Positions 49,676 through 61,454 of a DNA stretch of 64,000 nucleotides are shown here, piece by piece. Every line of letters begins with the position of its first letter. The first letter of the stretch is position 1. Location of the stretch: positions 30,628,001 to 30,692,000 of the forward strand of contig NC_042997.1 of NCBI RefSeq assembly GCF_006345805.1, given 5' to 3'. The position numbers and the translations under genes are program-made. Below the pieces are notes generated by a model. That model made no database searches. It worked only from the letters and a program-made list of their open reading frames with translations, and was not told the origin of the DNA. This stretch comes from Octopus sinensis. Lineage: Eukaryota.

Positions 49676-50830
49676 ACTTTGGAACAAGATGACAAAATTT
49701 CAAGAGAGAGATTAACAAATTTAATAGAACTGAGATGTGGTTATTTTATTGACCATTCCCATCCCACCCCGCTGTGGGATTTGAACTCAGAACAAGGAGA
49801 GATATGACTTAATCCTACAAGGAATTTTGTTCAACACATTACTGATTAAATCATCCACTACCCTAAACACAATTCTAATAATAATTTCCACCCCTGGCAG
49901 ATGGCCTCACAAATTTGTTCCATGTTCTATTACTTCTGCTACTTCACTCACAAGGCTAACACTCTAATAACATCATCATCATCATCAATGTCAACAATAA
50001 GGATAATACAAATATATTTTTCTGTTCCTGTCTGGAAACCTACTAAATAATAATTATTATTATTATTATCTTTATAATAATGACTGCTGACAATAGCAGC
50101 AAATTGTGAAATACCAGCTTTGTGCTCAGTATGAAGTAGCAGCTTATCATCATCGTCAACATTTTAAACTGGTGTTAGAAACATAACATAACAAAAGGAT
50201 CATCATCATCATCATCATCATAGTTTAACGTCTGCTTTCCATGCTAGCATGGGTACAAAATTTTGATGGTATTTTTAAATTCAGATATAAACATTCTAAA
50301 AAACAGACTGGTTTTGTATTATAAACCTAAAAAGTCTCAGGCAAGGGTTAATGTGATACTTAAATATTATTGTTACTATTTGAAATTGGTTTAGATTGAA
50401 TTAATGTTAAAAAATATTTAATAATATAAAAAGAACAACTTCAGGAAACTGAACCTTCCAGGTGAGATGACAAAAAACTGAGATACCTGGTGTCTGGCCA
50501 TGCTCAAGAAGACTTGTATCCTGCAGCAGAAGTGTTCAGACTGATCATTCTGGTTGTGTAAAACACATAAAAGCACCTGTGCAGTGTGACATAAAAGTGC
50601 TCATGCAGTGTCATGTAAAAGCATCCAGCACACTCTGTAAAGTGGTTGGTGTTAGGGAAGGCATCCAGTCATAGAAACCATGCCAAATCAGACTGGAGTC
50701 TGGTACAGCCCCAGCAGCTTGCCAGTTCTGGCCGCACCATCCAACCCATGCCAGCATGGACAACAGACATACGATGATGATGATGAAATATAAAAACACT
50801 ATAACAAAAATGATTTAACATCCAACTTAA

Positions 50831-51051
50831 CCCTTTATCATTTAAACCGGCCATATCCGGCCAAAAGTATTCTGCCTGTTTTATGTTCAAACTGGCCAGA
50901 TCTGGTCTCTCACACCAACCCTACAATATTGTTTTAGAAATTAACAGCTACCTCATCAAAATCTCATAGCTACGAGATAATGCATGATTAGTTCAAAACA
51001 ATGTGGATGAAGAAGCATTAATTTTGGCAGAATAATGCGAACACTAAAGGG
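50831..51051. mobile_element. piggyBac-type MITE, same family as 24431-24649
   Basis: TTAA|CCCTTTA ... CTAAAGGG|TTAA; shared body. Confidence 0.8.
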
Positions 51052-51080
51052 TTAAACTGCAATAGTAAAACATAACTCAC

Positions 51081-51285
51081 CTTGAGCAGCATTGTTAGGA
51101 CCCATTGCAATTACATCAAAGACTTCCACTTCTGGTGCTCCAGCTAAGCCTTCTTCATTCAGGTTTCCACCTTCTCCTGCACCAGCAGCAGCTCCATTAC
51201 CTTCTGCATTGGCATTACCAACCATGCCACGACCAATAGGTGCCATACCCATCAAATTATTCATTACTCCCCCTTCAAAGAAATT
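51081..51285 (-). CDS. MARCHF6: MARCHF6 exon 4: NFFEGGVMNNLMGMAPIGRGMVGNANAEGNGAAAGAGEGGNLNEEGLAGAPEVEVFDVIAMGPNNAAQ(D)
   Basis: ttccag / gtgagt, 205 nt, phase 0/1 bridges exons 3 and 5; ends NNAAQ like vertebrate NNGAQ; otherwise a poorly conserved loop. Confidence 0.85.
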
Positions 51286-51549
51286 CTGGAATTTATAAAC
51301 AAAATACATAATTGGTTTGTTGTAACTAGGTACAAAAACCCTATATTATAAGAAGGGAGAAAATCTAAGGTTATGATCATGGTTTTTTTGTTCTTGTTTA
51401 TCTTCCAAGGATGTTAATGACATACGCAAAATGAAATTCAAATCCTAGTTTATAAATTTGACCTGCTAAGTCAGCTTACTTCTTGTGGTATACTGTTTGC
51501 CACTGAGTTGCAGAATCAAATTACCAGCTAGTGCCAACTTTGATTTTCA

Positions 51550-52750
51550 TCCTATCAGAGAAACAGATGTTGTCATGGTGCCAAATTTCTCGTGAATACT
51601 TAAAACTATCTCTAGTAAAGGAATGTTGTTTGTTTCCCAACAAGAGAGAAAGGTTAGAATATTAAAGACTGGAAAGCATGACCATGAAGGCGGTCTATAA
51701 GAAGATGGAGAGTTCAGAAAAATAAAGATGCTTTTGTGAGATTGAGGAGGTAAATAAGGGAAGACAAAGTTTAGACAGATATCAAGAAGTTGTGAAAGAA
51801 AGGAAATAACAGGGAATTACACCAAACTAAACAAAAAGTTTAACCATTGACTATACTTAATAAGATTCACCAATCATTTATATGGAGAAAGAGAGGAGAA
51901 GGAACTGTTACAAATTTTATTTGGGTGAGCCAAGATAGTAAGGTGCTAAAATATATTTGCCTCAAATGAAAATTAAAGTCAACAAAATATATTTCATTAT
52001 AGGTTGTTTTCTTACATCTCTGCTCTGTGATGTGTAACTTCAGTTATTAAGTCTGATTGGGCAAACTTCAGATTACAAGTATTCTGGTCATAACCATCTG
52101 GTCTCTTCCTGAGGTATAGTGCATCCAAGATAACATTATCTAATGTATCCTTGCATTTTTAAGAAAGGTGTGATTTGAGGACAATTTGGTTGCTACTTCC
52201 AACACATCCAACAACTACATAGAAGCTCCTTTGTTAGTTCGTAGATGTGCAGTTCTGAGAGAATACATTGAAGTCATATGTAGACAAAATATGTCCATTG
52301 GTGAGATGTTTAATATCATAGTCATGATCTTTACTCTGGTGAACGTAGCTGATTCAGAGAGATTGCACTACTTAAGATACAAAGTAGTGCATTTCCATAA
52401 GTGATAGTATCTGACAATATCTAGTGCGTTAGTGCGCATGGATATGTATTTATAGTCAAAATAAGAGAGACAGTTGTTTATAAAACACAAGAAGCATTTC
52501 AGAGAGATGCCAGATCCCTGAACCACAGGTCGACAAGGTTATAGAAAACTAGCAACACTGGCTTCAATGAGAACTAACCTAACAAAATGCTTTTGTCTCC
52601 AGTGATCTACAATCACATTGAGCACAAAAGTAAGCGACTTTTCTAGATCTTCAAACCAAACACAATCAAAACTTTTACCATGTCAATGGCAACAACCTCT
52701 CTTTCAGAGGAAATGCTATTACAGTCTAGTGAGAAGGGGAAAGAGAATCA
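51550..52750 (-). mobile_element. Highly decayed LINE RT remnant
   Basis: Frameshifted EVVAIDMVK.FDCVW motif near 52,650-52,720; boundaries guessed. Confidence 0.4.
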
Positions 52751-53566
52751 TTGTGGTATAGGGAACATTTATTTATGATTTTCATAATCACTTTTTCTTT
52801 GAAATATACATTAACGCATGTCTCAATAAGAAGTACAAGATTTGAGCCATTGCTATGATGTATAACTGAATACAATGTGAAGAAATGTCTATTCATGTCT
52901 CCATCACAGTGTCAGATAAAAACTTCCACTGATTGCATAGGTGTACTTTAATTTACCAAGCACACAATTTAGTGCATCGATGATTTATATAATGGAATGC
53001 AAAACCAGTATTATTTATGCAAATCAGATTAAATGATCTAGTAAAATCATTTAAAGGTTATAAAAAGTTATAAGCTAGATTTCTCTCTGCAGATAGACAA
53101 AGGTAAGTGATCTTTAAAGTAATTCCAACAAAAATCAAAACCAAGTCAAGCCAATCCACCTTTCTCTGGGCAGCAAGTAAGCCCTCTGTAGGACTTCTGA
53201 AACTGGGAAAAGGGAGCAGAGAAAAAAACCCCAACAATTTATGAGCTGTTGGTAATTATTACTCTGAATCTTGTAAGTAACCCAGATAGAAATCAATCAG
53301 TGATTGTAAGTTAGTGTGCCAACAAACAGAGCAGCCTCCTAAAGTGTTACTCATAGCGCCAGGTTTCTGTCATATCCTACAAAATCTAAATAAATTCACT
53401 CCAACATCATTCACCATAGTGGAATGAAGAAGAAGAGGAGGAGAGGAAGGGAGAGAGAGAGAGTAATAAAACAACTGCAAACTCCAACAATGATCTATTT
53501 TCATATACTTTAAGCTGACAATAGTGGCTGAAAGCAGAGGAAAAAGAAAAACAACTGCTAACTTAC

Positions 53567-53720
53567 CCTTCCTTGGTTATTTGCTTCATCTTCATGTTCC
53601 AACCAGTCAGGGCCACCACCATGGAGAATTTGTTCTCTCAACCAAACTAAACTAATAAACGCACACAGTGTGCAAGTCACCACAAAACAACCTTGAAAAG
53701 AATCTGATACTATATTTTCT
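53567..53720 (-). CDS. MARCHF6: MARCHF6 exon 3: (T)ENIVSDSFQGCFVVTCTLCAFISLVWLREQILHGGGPDWLEHEDEANNQGR
   Basis: ctttcag / gtaagt, 154 nt, phase 2/0. Confidence 0.95.
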
Positions 53721-54903
53721 CTGAAAGATAAATGATAACAATTATAATAATAACAGTAACGAATAATAATAATGATGATGGCTTTAAATTTTGGTACAAA
53801 GACAGAAAATTTAGGGGAAGTGAGATAGTCATTATATCAACCCATGTTCAACAGGTACTTATATTATCATCCCCAAAAGGGTGAAGGTAGAGTCAACCTC
53901 AGCAGAATTTGTGTTTCAAATTTTGGCACACAGCCAGCACTTTAAGAAATTCATTTTTTTTAATTATTAATTAATAATTAAGAATTTGAAAATAGGTTCT
54001 AAAAAATAATAGTAGTACATAATTAGTACAATAACTAGAATAATACAGAAATTAATTATATATTACAGTAAAATCTACCTATAACAAATTCACAGTAAAA
54101 TTTGCTTGAGTTATTGCCAAGTCTTCACATTTTTAGTCTTGACTCAATGCCCATCTTTTACATAATGAATTTGCCCACTATATATATACTATGATACTTT
54201 GCATAAAACTTCAGCTTTATTGGTACTTCTGGCTCTCATTTTATAAGTATTCTAGTGTGTCAATATTTTAAAAAATTATGGTACCTTTTTTTTAATTATG
54301 TTACTTTGTAAATTAAAATTAAATAATTTTTAATATTCAAATTTTATCTTTAGTTGCAATATTCTAAGTAAAAATTTTCTTGTTCTGTACTTTAACAGAT
54401 GTAATAACATGTCCTGAACTTTTCCAAGTGTAATAACTTGTCTTGTACTTTTCCAGGTTTATAATCTTAAGAATATTATTTCTCAAGCTCGCATTTTTCC
54501 ATGTAATCCATGTTTTTTCCAGGCTATGCTGTTATGCTCATTAAAAATGTGTCAATTAATAATTTAAGATTTGACCTCATTGAAAATTGAATAGTAAATT
54601 TAATAAATTTCTAAATAATATTTTTATTTTTTTTCATTTTTGTGACTGAATTATTATTATTATTATTATTGAATTAAAATAAAAAGTTTTATACTAAAAA
54701 ATTAAAATAAGATTAGTATTTGAAGAGCACTTTATTTACATTGACTCATTACAAAATTAAAATAGAAAAAGAGGTGAAGGCAAAAATTGGGCAGTATCAC
54801 CCACCTGCAAATTTGTGAAGGCAGTCTGGGGTGGAGGGTAAAAAATGGCTGGTGGGTGGTTGGTTTCAAATTCTGAGGGTGGTAGTGAGGGTTTCTTTGA
54901 AAC

Positions 54904-56100
54904 TTCATTGCATGAGATTGATAACATGAAATTCCTCAAACTGAGCTCTATCATTTAAGCTTAATTAAAATATAGTTTGTTTTTAATATAAAAAAGTTGA
55001 TTATACTTAAGTCCAATTTTTTTTTGCCTTACTTATATATTTTTTCATATTTTACTTCACAACTTTTTTGATACAAATTTTTGTTGCATAGGACCAAAGC
55101 TATGAAATTCCTCATGCTTTCTTCTATCACTTAAGCTTTTAAAATAAAAAAAAAGTTATTTAGATCTAAACTTGATTTGAGGGGTTACTTACAGGGACCA
55201 GTCCTCTTCAAAAATGTTAACAGCTTTCAATTTGGTTAAGAACTGAATTAGCGACAAAACTCTGAAAGAGGCTGCGTATGAGTAAATTGCAGCCTTAAGA
55301 ATATTATTCAACTACTACCATAGTTAAATGATTCTTTGAGAAGTCTTAAAAAGTGAGTAATTCCTGTCAATGTAAACTAATACGATTCTGTTTCTCATCT
55401 CAGATATTATGGGACTGTGTTTACATAATATAATTGCATTAATTAATACATTAAACTAATTGCAAATTAGTGGTGTCGTCAATAATTTTTCTTAATCTCA
55501 ATGATGCCAGTGACATATATTCAAAGTCCTCCTATAGAACTATATTCATAAAGTGTAGAACTATATTATCAGCCTCGAATTTGAGAAACAAACACTCATA
55601 ACTTTTTTCTTTTAAAATTTCATTGTATGAGATTTATACTATGAAATTCCTCAAATTGAGCTCTATCATTTAAGCTTAATTAAAATATAGTTCGTTTTTA
55701 AGATAAAAAAGTTAATTATACTTATATCCAATTTTTTTGCTTTACTTATATTTTTTTCATGATATTTTACCTCACAACATTTTTGACACAAATTTTTATT
55801 GCATGGGATCAAAACTATGAAATTCCTCGTGCTTTCTTCTATCACTGGAGCTAAGACAAATATATTTTGCTTATAAAATAAAGTTATTTAGATCTAAACT
55901 TGATTGGGGATGTTACTTACTCTCCTATAACATTGCTACAAATTTTGATGTAAATTTTTTTCTTCTGGACCAAATCTCTATTCTTTTTATGCCAAAATGT
56001 TAAGTTTTCAATCTGGTTAAGAACTGAATTAGCAACAAAGCTCTGAAAGATGCTGCACATAAGTAAATTGCGGCCTTAAGAATATTATTCAACTACTACC
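54904..56100. repeat. Diverged direct duplication (54904-55320 and 55619-56100)
   Basis: Colinear blocks such as ATGAAATTCCTCAAA.TGAGCTCTATCATTTAAGCTTAATTAAAATATAG and GCCTTAAGAATATTATTCAACTACTACC. Confidence 0.8.
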
Positions 56101-56141
56101 TGAATAAGATACTCCCACATAAGATAAAAAGTTAAACTTAC

Positions 56142-56214
56142 GTGGATAACATATCCAAAGGTAAGGTTAATAAAGAGCTCACAGATCCTGTGAATAAACA
56201 TCGGTATATTCGAC
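56142..56214 (-). CDS. MARCHF6: MARCHF6 exon 2: (C)RIYRCLFTGSVSSLLTLPLDMLS(T)
   Basis: tttcag / gtaagt, 73 nt, phase 1/2. Confidence 0.95.
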
Positions 56215-56671
56215 CTGAAAAGTAGAAGAAAGCTAATGATGATATTGTTGAGCAGAAACAAAATAAATTGAAAATTTATCAAGTTGGTTCATATTAGCTA
56301 CCTACTAGAGCAAGTGTTAGAGAGTGGTCACATTTTAGCCAGACAAGTCTACAATTAAGATTCCATTCCCTACCTGGCCTTCTTTGTATTCTGACCAATA
56401 TAACATACACACAGAAGTTTTTGTTACAAAAGTGAAAGGAGGGTTTAATGAACTGTTGCTGTGAACAGAGCACAAGCAAACCTTCCTTAGGACACAACTA
56501 TGCTATTAATGATGACTTTTAACAGACAGGGGCTACAAGTTTCAGTGGGAAGTGATAATAGTCAATTCTATCAACTTCATTATTTGAGTAATCTACTTAT
56601 TTTATCAAAACTGAAAAGATAAACAGTAGAATCAACTCTGGCAGAATTTGAAGACAGGACATTATGGGAAA

Positions 56672-57038
56672 CTAGCACTATGACCCGGCAACGCCAGGTC
56701 ATAATGCTAGTGTATGCATATACAGCTGCGTGCGTGCGCACATACATGCGAGTACTGTCCAAATTTCCGACCAATCACATACAGCTAGCTGGCATTCAAT
56801 TGGCGTATCAAGTTTCGGGCATTTTGATTGGGTTTTGGATAGAAAATTCACAAAAAAGTCACTTCTATTGATTTTTTTTTAATGGTTTTGCAGGGTGACT
56901 GGGGAAATGAAAAGATGTGCACGACCACCCTTGGACGGTTTTGAATGACCATAGAAAGTGCGAGCCCTCTAACTAAAAAATTGTGGATTTGTATAAAGGG
57001 GACACACACAGACATTTTGCCGTTTATATATATAGAGA
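56672..57038 (-). mobile_element. Non-autonomous Helitron, second family
   Basis: Minus strand starts A|TC(TCTATATATATAAA) and ends with a long hairpin then CTAG|T. Confidence 0.7.
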
Positions 57039-57965
57039 TAACTAAAATACATATTTTGTCCATCACTCAAAAATTTTGCCATATAATTGTGTATAAATTT
57101 ATTTTCAATTGCATGAAATTTACAAATAAAATCATGCCATTAATGCCTTTGTGAAAAGTATGAATGTCACATGTCTTTAGTTTGCTTTAAGTATTGTGGC
57201 TTTAACAGTATAAAGCTAGAAAAGCAATGAATATTAGTACATGGCACCAGAACAGCTGAGGAAGTTAGCTACTGAAGACTAGTATCTTGCTGTCTACAAA
57301 GTAGAATAATCTCTCTTTTACTTTAAGAAACCAGTTTAAAGGGCTTCCAAAGCTGATGAAAATACAATTTATGATCACTAGTATTCTATTAGGAAGATTT
57401 ATATCTCAAACACTTAAGAGGCTACATTTTGCCAGCAGTACTAGCCAGTAATGTATCAAGCCAAGACAAACAGAGCCATAGAAATATAGTACATTTTAAT
57501 TAATTAACATTAGTTAATACTATTTACATAACAAAGAGTCCTAATCTTAACATTGATTTATAAATCTCTTAATATAAATTTCTAATTTAGGTACAGAGCC
57601 ACATCTTTTATGAGATTGAATGATGGATTAAATGAATCCCTGTACATGACTGGAACTTATTTTATCAGCTACTGAAAGGACATCTCTACAGGTGATTTAA
57701 AGGCACTGCTAACACAATAGTCCATGGTACTGACTTATAAAAAACATTTAATATACTTGGTAGCAAATTATGGTTGCATAACAAAATACTATGTGCCTAC
57801 AAGTCATAAATATTTATGTACCAGCTACTGAAAGGACTGAAAAAGCAAAGTTAACACAGTTAACAACCAAACTCAAAATTGCAAAGCATGTTAAATGACT
57901 GCTCCTTCAAAATTGGTGAATTTACACTGAATTTCTGTAGACATTGAAACAAATATGTGTAACAA

Positions 57966-58355
57966 TCATGGACAGGAGTGGCTGTGTGGTAAGTAGCTTG
58001 CTAACCAACCACATGGTTCCAGGTTCAGTCTCACTGTGTGGCATCTTGGGCAAATGTCTTCTGCTATTGCCCCGGGCCGACCAATGCCTTGTGAGTGAAT
58101 TTGGTAGACGGAAACTGAAAGAAGCCTGTCGTATATATGTATATATATATATATGTGTGTGTTTGTCCCCCTAGCATTGCTTGACAACCGATGCTGCTGT
58201 GTTTACGTCCCCATCACTTAGCGGTTCGGCAAAAGAGACCGATAAAATAAGTACTGGGCTTACAAAGAATAAGTCCCAGGGTCAATTTGCTCGACTAAAG
58301 GCGGTGCTCCAGCATGGCCACAGTCAAATGACTGAAACAAGTCAAAGAGTAAAAG
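57966..58355 (+). mobile_element. SINE family A
   Basis: Full-length copy on the plus strand. Confidence 0.88.
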
Positions 58356-60763
58356 AGAGAGTCTCAAAGACATATTTTTATTCAGTATAGTTAAAATATA
58401 AATTTGATATTTGAGTACTTACACTGTGTATAACAGTGTATATATAAAGTGAAATAGCACTAGCTGTAATATTTTGACTCAGAGAAGATTACTGAAGAGA
58501 CTTAGTCTGTCGAAAAACACAGAGCTCACTCAGAATGTTGTCAAAGGATCGTCAGACTCAGTGTTTTGACCTAATTTGATCTCCTGAATGACAAACTTCT
58601 TCAAACATTCAAAGTTAAGGAGAAAAACATTTGTTCCAATATGGAAGTCAATAAACAAAACATTCACTGATTTATGTAAAAGACGGCCACACGAGAATAT
58701 GCTTGAAACAGCATTTGATTAAAATAACAATGTGCATACCACTTTTAATCTATACACATACATTGAACAACAACAGCCATATTTCATTTCAATGAAAGAG
58801 AGTTATATGTTACAAAAAACAATCATATAGTCTCTTTGAGAAGTTTCTCAGACAAAATACCACAGCTGGTTGTCATTTCATGTATGTACACACATTATAA
58901 ATGTTATACACATCATTATTTTGACCTGATGCTATTTCAAATGCAAATGTGTATATTCACTGTCTTTTCAACATTATCAAACTAAGCATGCTTGTAAAAT
59001 AACTAATATACATATCTCAATACTTCTGAAGAAATGTAGTGATGAGTACTGGACAACTAACTGAGAGATTGAAAGTACGCATCCTGTCACAAGTGCTATG
59101 TTATGTCTCAAGGCATTTGACTCTCGAGTGGCCCAGCATATCTAACTATATATAAAAATTGCAGAGAACACACAGTTGTAAGTTACAGCAGTAGCAATAC
59201 ATACATTTGTTAGTTTAATTTCTCTTGTGACTATAGGTAATAGAAATGGCAAGTGAGTTTGTCAAAGAGATATTACACAATGACAAAGTTTTCATTAGTA
59301 TCCCTGAACACCCAATGAATTATGGCATTATACATTTGAAAAGTCACAAGTAGTTCAAGTGAGAGGCTTCCAGACAACCAGTTGAGAGGTCAACAACTCA
59401 TATCTTTCTAATACTGCATTGTTCATAATAGTATCCGGCTCTCAATAGCTAAGTTCACCAAGTTCCAACCAGTTAATACAGACACTCTTATAATTCACCA
59501 CTATAAACAATAAGTAGTGTTGTGGAACAGACAATTATTTTAGTAACTTACATTGTTGTCATCCCTTTCTACAGAAAGCAATGCAAAAGAAATTATTCCA
59601 TATTTACTTAATGCTATGGAAACCAGAGTTAAGCCACTGAAACCTCACACATTTACCTATTCATAGTTAAATCCACATGTCAATGTATTCCACATCATTG
59701 TATAGGTGAAAACATGTGACTACACCAGGTAAACATAGGTTATTTACTGTTCAAAATCGTTAAAGCATGAGAGAGTTTTTGCTATTCTTCTGATCTTTTT
59801 TTATTATTTCTCTAACATTTTATTCTTGTCAGAATACATGCCAAATTCAGATTCATTATTAGTAGAATATGTGAAGAGTACACAGGGTTCTAAATTGGCC
59901 TTATAATTTGTAGCTGTTTTCTAAGTTCAACTGAAAATCCAATAATTATTCTTTGATAACCTGTATTGCAAATTCTATTGTCTATCTTGGTGAATGTGAA
60001 AACTAACTTATAAGTTTATTTTGTATGATGATATTTCAAACAAAAATTAATAATTTTACATTTCGCTGGATTTACCCAAGTAATTTTGAAGCAAAGACCC
60101 TGTCATAAAATTATGTAAGGACATGTAATTAAATTGTGTCCGAAACACCATCTAAATATATCAATAAACAAAAACGTTATAGCTGTTTTACAAAAACAGT
60201 CTAAATTCACTGCTATTTAGAATTTATCTGAAAGACGGTATGAACAGTATAAACACCTGTTTAATGAATCATTGTGATTTAAGAAGGTTTAGCTATAACT
60301 TTGAAATGAGTCACTAGTGGAGAGGTTTAATAACTATAAGGAGTTATTAAATTCATCTTGCATGCTTATAAGTAACTTTTTTAATCAACTTTTAAATTTC
60401 TACATTATATTGTATCATCATCATTTTATGTCTGCTATCCACAGTGACATGGGTGTGCAAGGTTACCACTGTCCAAATCAGTTCTTATTTAGAAGGTGAA
60501 CATCTTAAGTCTCAATTGTCTTTTGCACAGAAATTGAGGATCTTCTATTGTAACACAAGGTTTCAACATTTTTGTTTATGTTATTGCAGTCATGTAAAAT
60601 ATTTGAAGAATATCATGACTGAAGTGTGGAAGATATAAATACAAAAGATGAGATGAAATCATTTGGGAACTTCTGACCCGATAAACACTTCTGCTTAATG
60701 ACCACAACAGTACAATTTATAACACAGAAAATCAAGGATAAAAATTACAATTTTCATACTTAC

Positions 60764-60907
60764 ATGCTGTAAGTGGAACAACTCCAAGCCATGCAAACGC
60801 CACTAATGTGTAATGAAACCAGTACCGAACTGCTCGACCAATACTAGTAAGCAAACCACTGAAAATATCTTTAATGGGTAACCGTTTTGGCATGTCTGGT
60901 GAATAAA
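60764..60907 (-). CDS. MARCHF6: MARCHF6 window exon 1: (I)YSPDMPKRLPIKDIFSGLLTSIGRAVRYWFHYTLVAFAWLGVVPLTA(C)
   Basis: ttttcag acceptor, gtaagt donor, 144 nt, phase 1/1. Confidence 0.95.
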
Positions 60908-61036
60908 CTGAAAAAAAAGGAAAGAGAGAGAAAATTAAGACAATATAAAGAAAAATTATTGCTCCATAACACTAACAATGTTTCTTTGGTAACTGGTTCC
61001 TGTGGATTTTATTTTTTTAATTAAAGAGCATCAATA

Positions 61037-61245
61037 TACTCTTTTACTTGTTTCAGTCATTTGACTGCGGCCATGCTGGAGCACCGCCTTTAGTCGAGCA
61101 AATCGACCCCGGTACTTATTCTTTGTAAGCCCAGTACTTATTCTATCGGTCTCTTTTGCCGAACCGCTAAGTGACGGGGACGTAAACACATCAGCATCGG
61201 TTGTCAAGCAATGCTAGGGAGACAAACACAGACACACAAACACAT

Positions 61246-61281
<36 letters not shown>

Positions 61282-61451
61282 ATATATACGACAGGCTTCT
61301 TTCAGTTTCCATCTACCAAATCCACTGACAAAGCATTGGTCGGCCCGGGGCTATAGCAGAAGACACTTGCCCAAGATGCCACGCAGTGGGACTGAACCCG
61401 GAACCATGTGGTTAGTTAGCAAGCTACTTACCACACAGCCACTCCTGTGCC
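61037..61451 (-). mobile_element. SINE family A
   Basis: Full-length copy on the minus strand. Confidence 0.88.
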
Positions 61452-61454
61452 TAT

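Larger units (their letters stand above)
11987..60907 (-). other. MARCHF6: MARCHF6 (MARCH6/TEB4/Doa10) gene span, 21 coding exons in window, 5'-incomplete
   Basis: Exon peptides match vertebrate MARCH6 as recalled, in order from YSPDMP..LP to YLVGQRLVNYE; all junctions GT-AG with consistent phase; RING-CH exons not found in 60,908-64,000. Confidence 0.96.

Noticed and set aside
49441-49695. Ser/Leu/His-rich ORFs, and a D/E/K-rich look on the plus strand
   Set aside because: Degenerate trinucleotide tract with no splice-phase role
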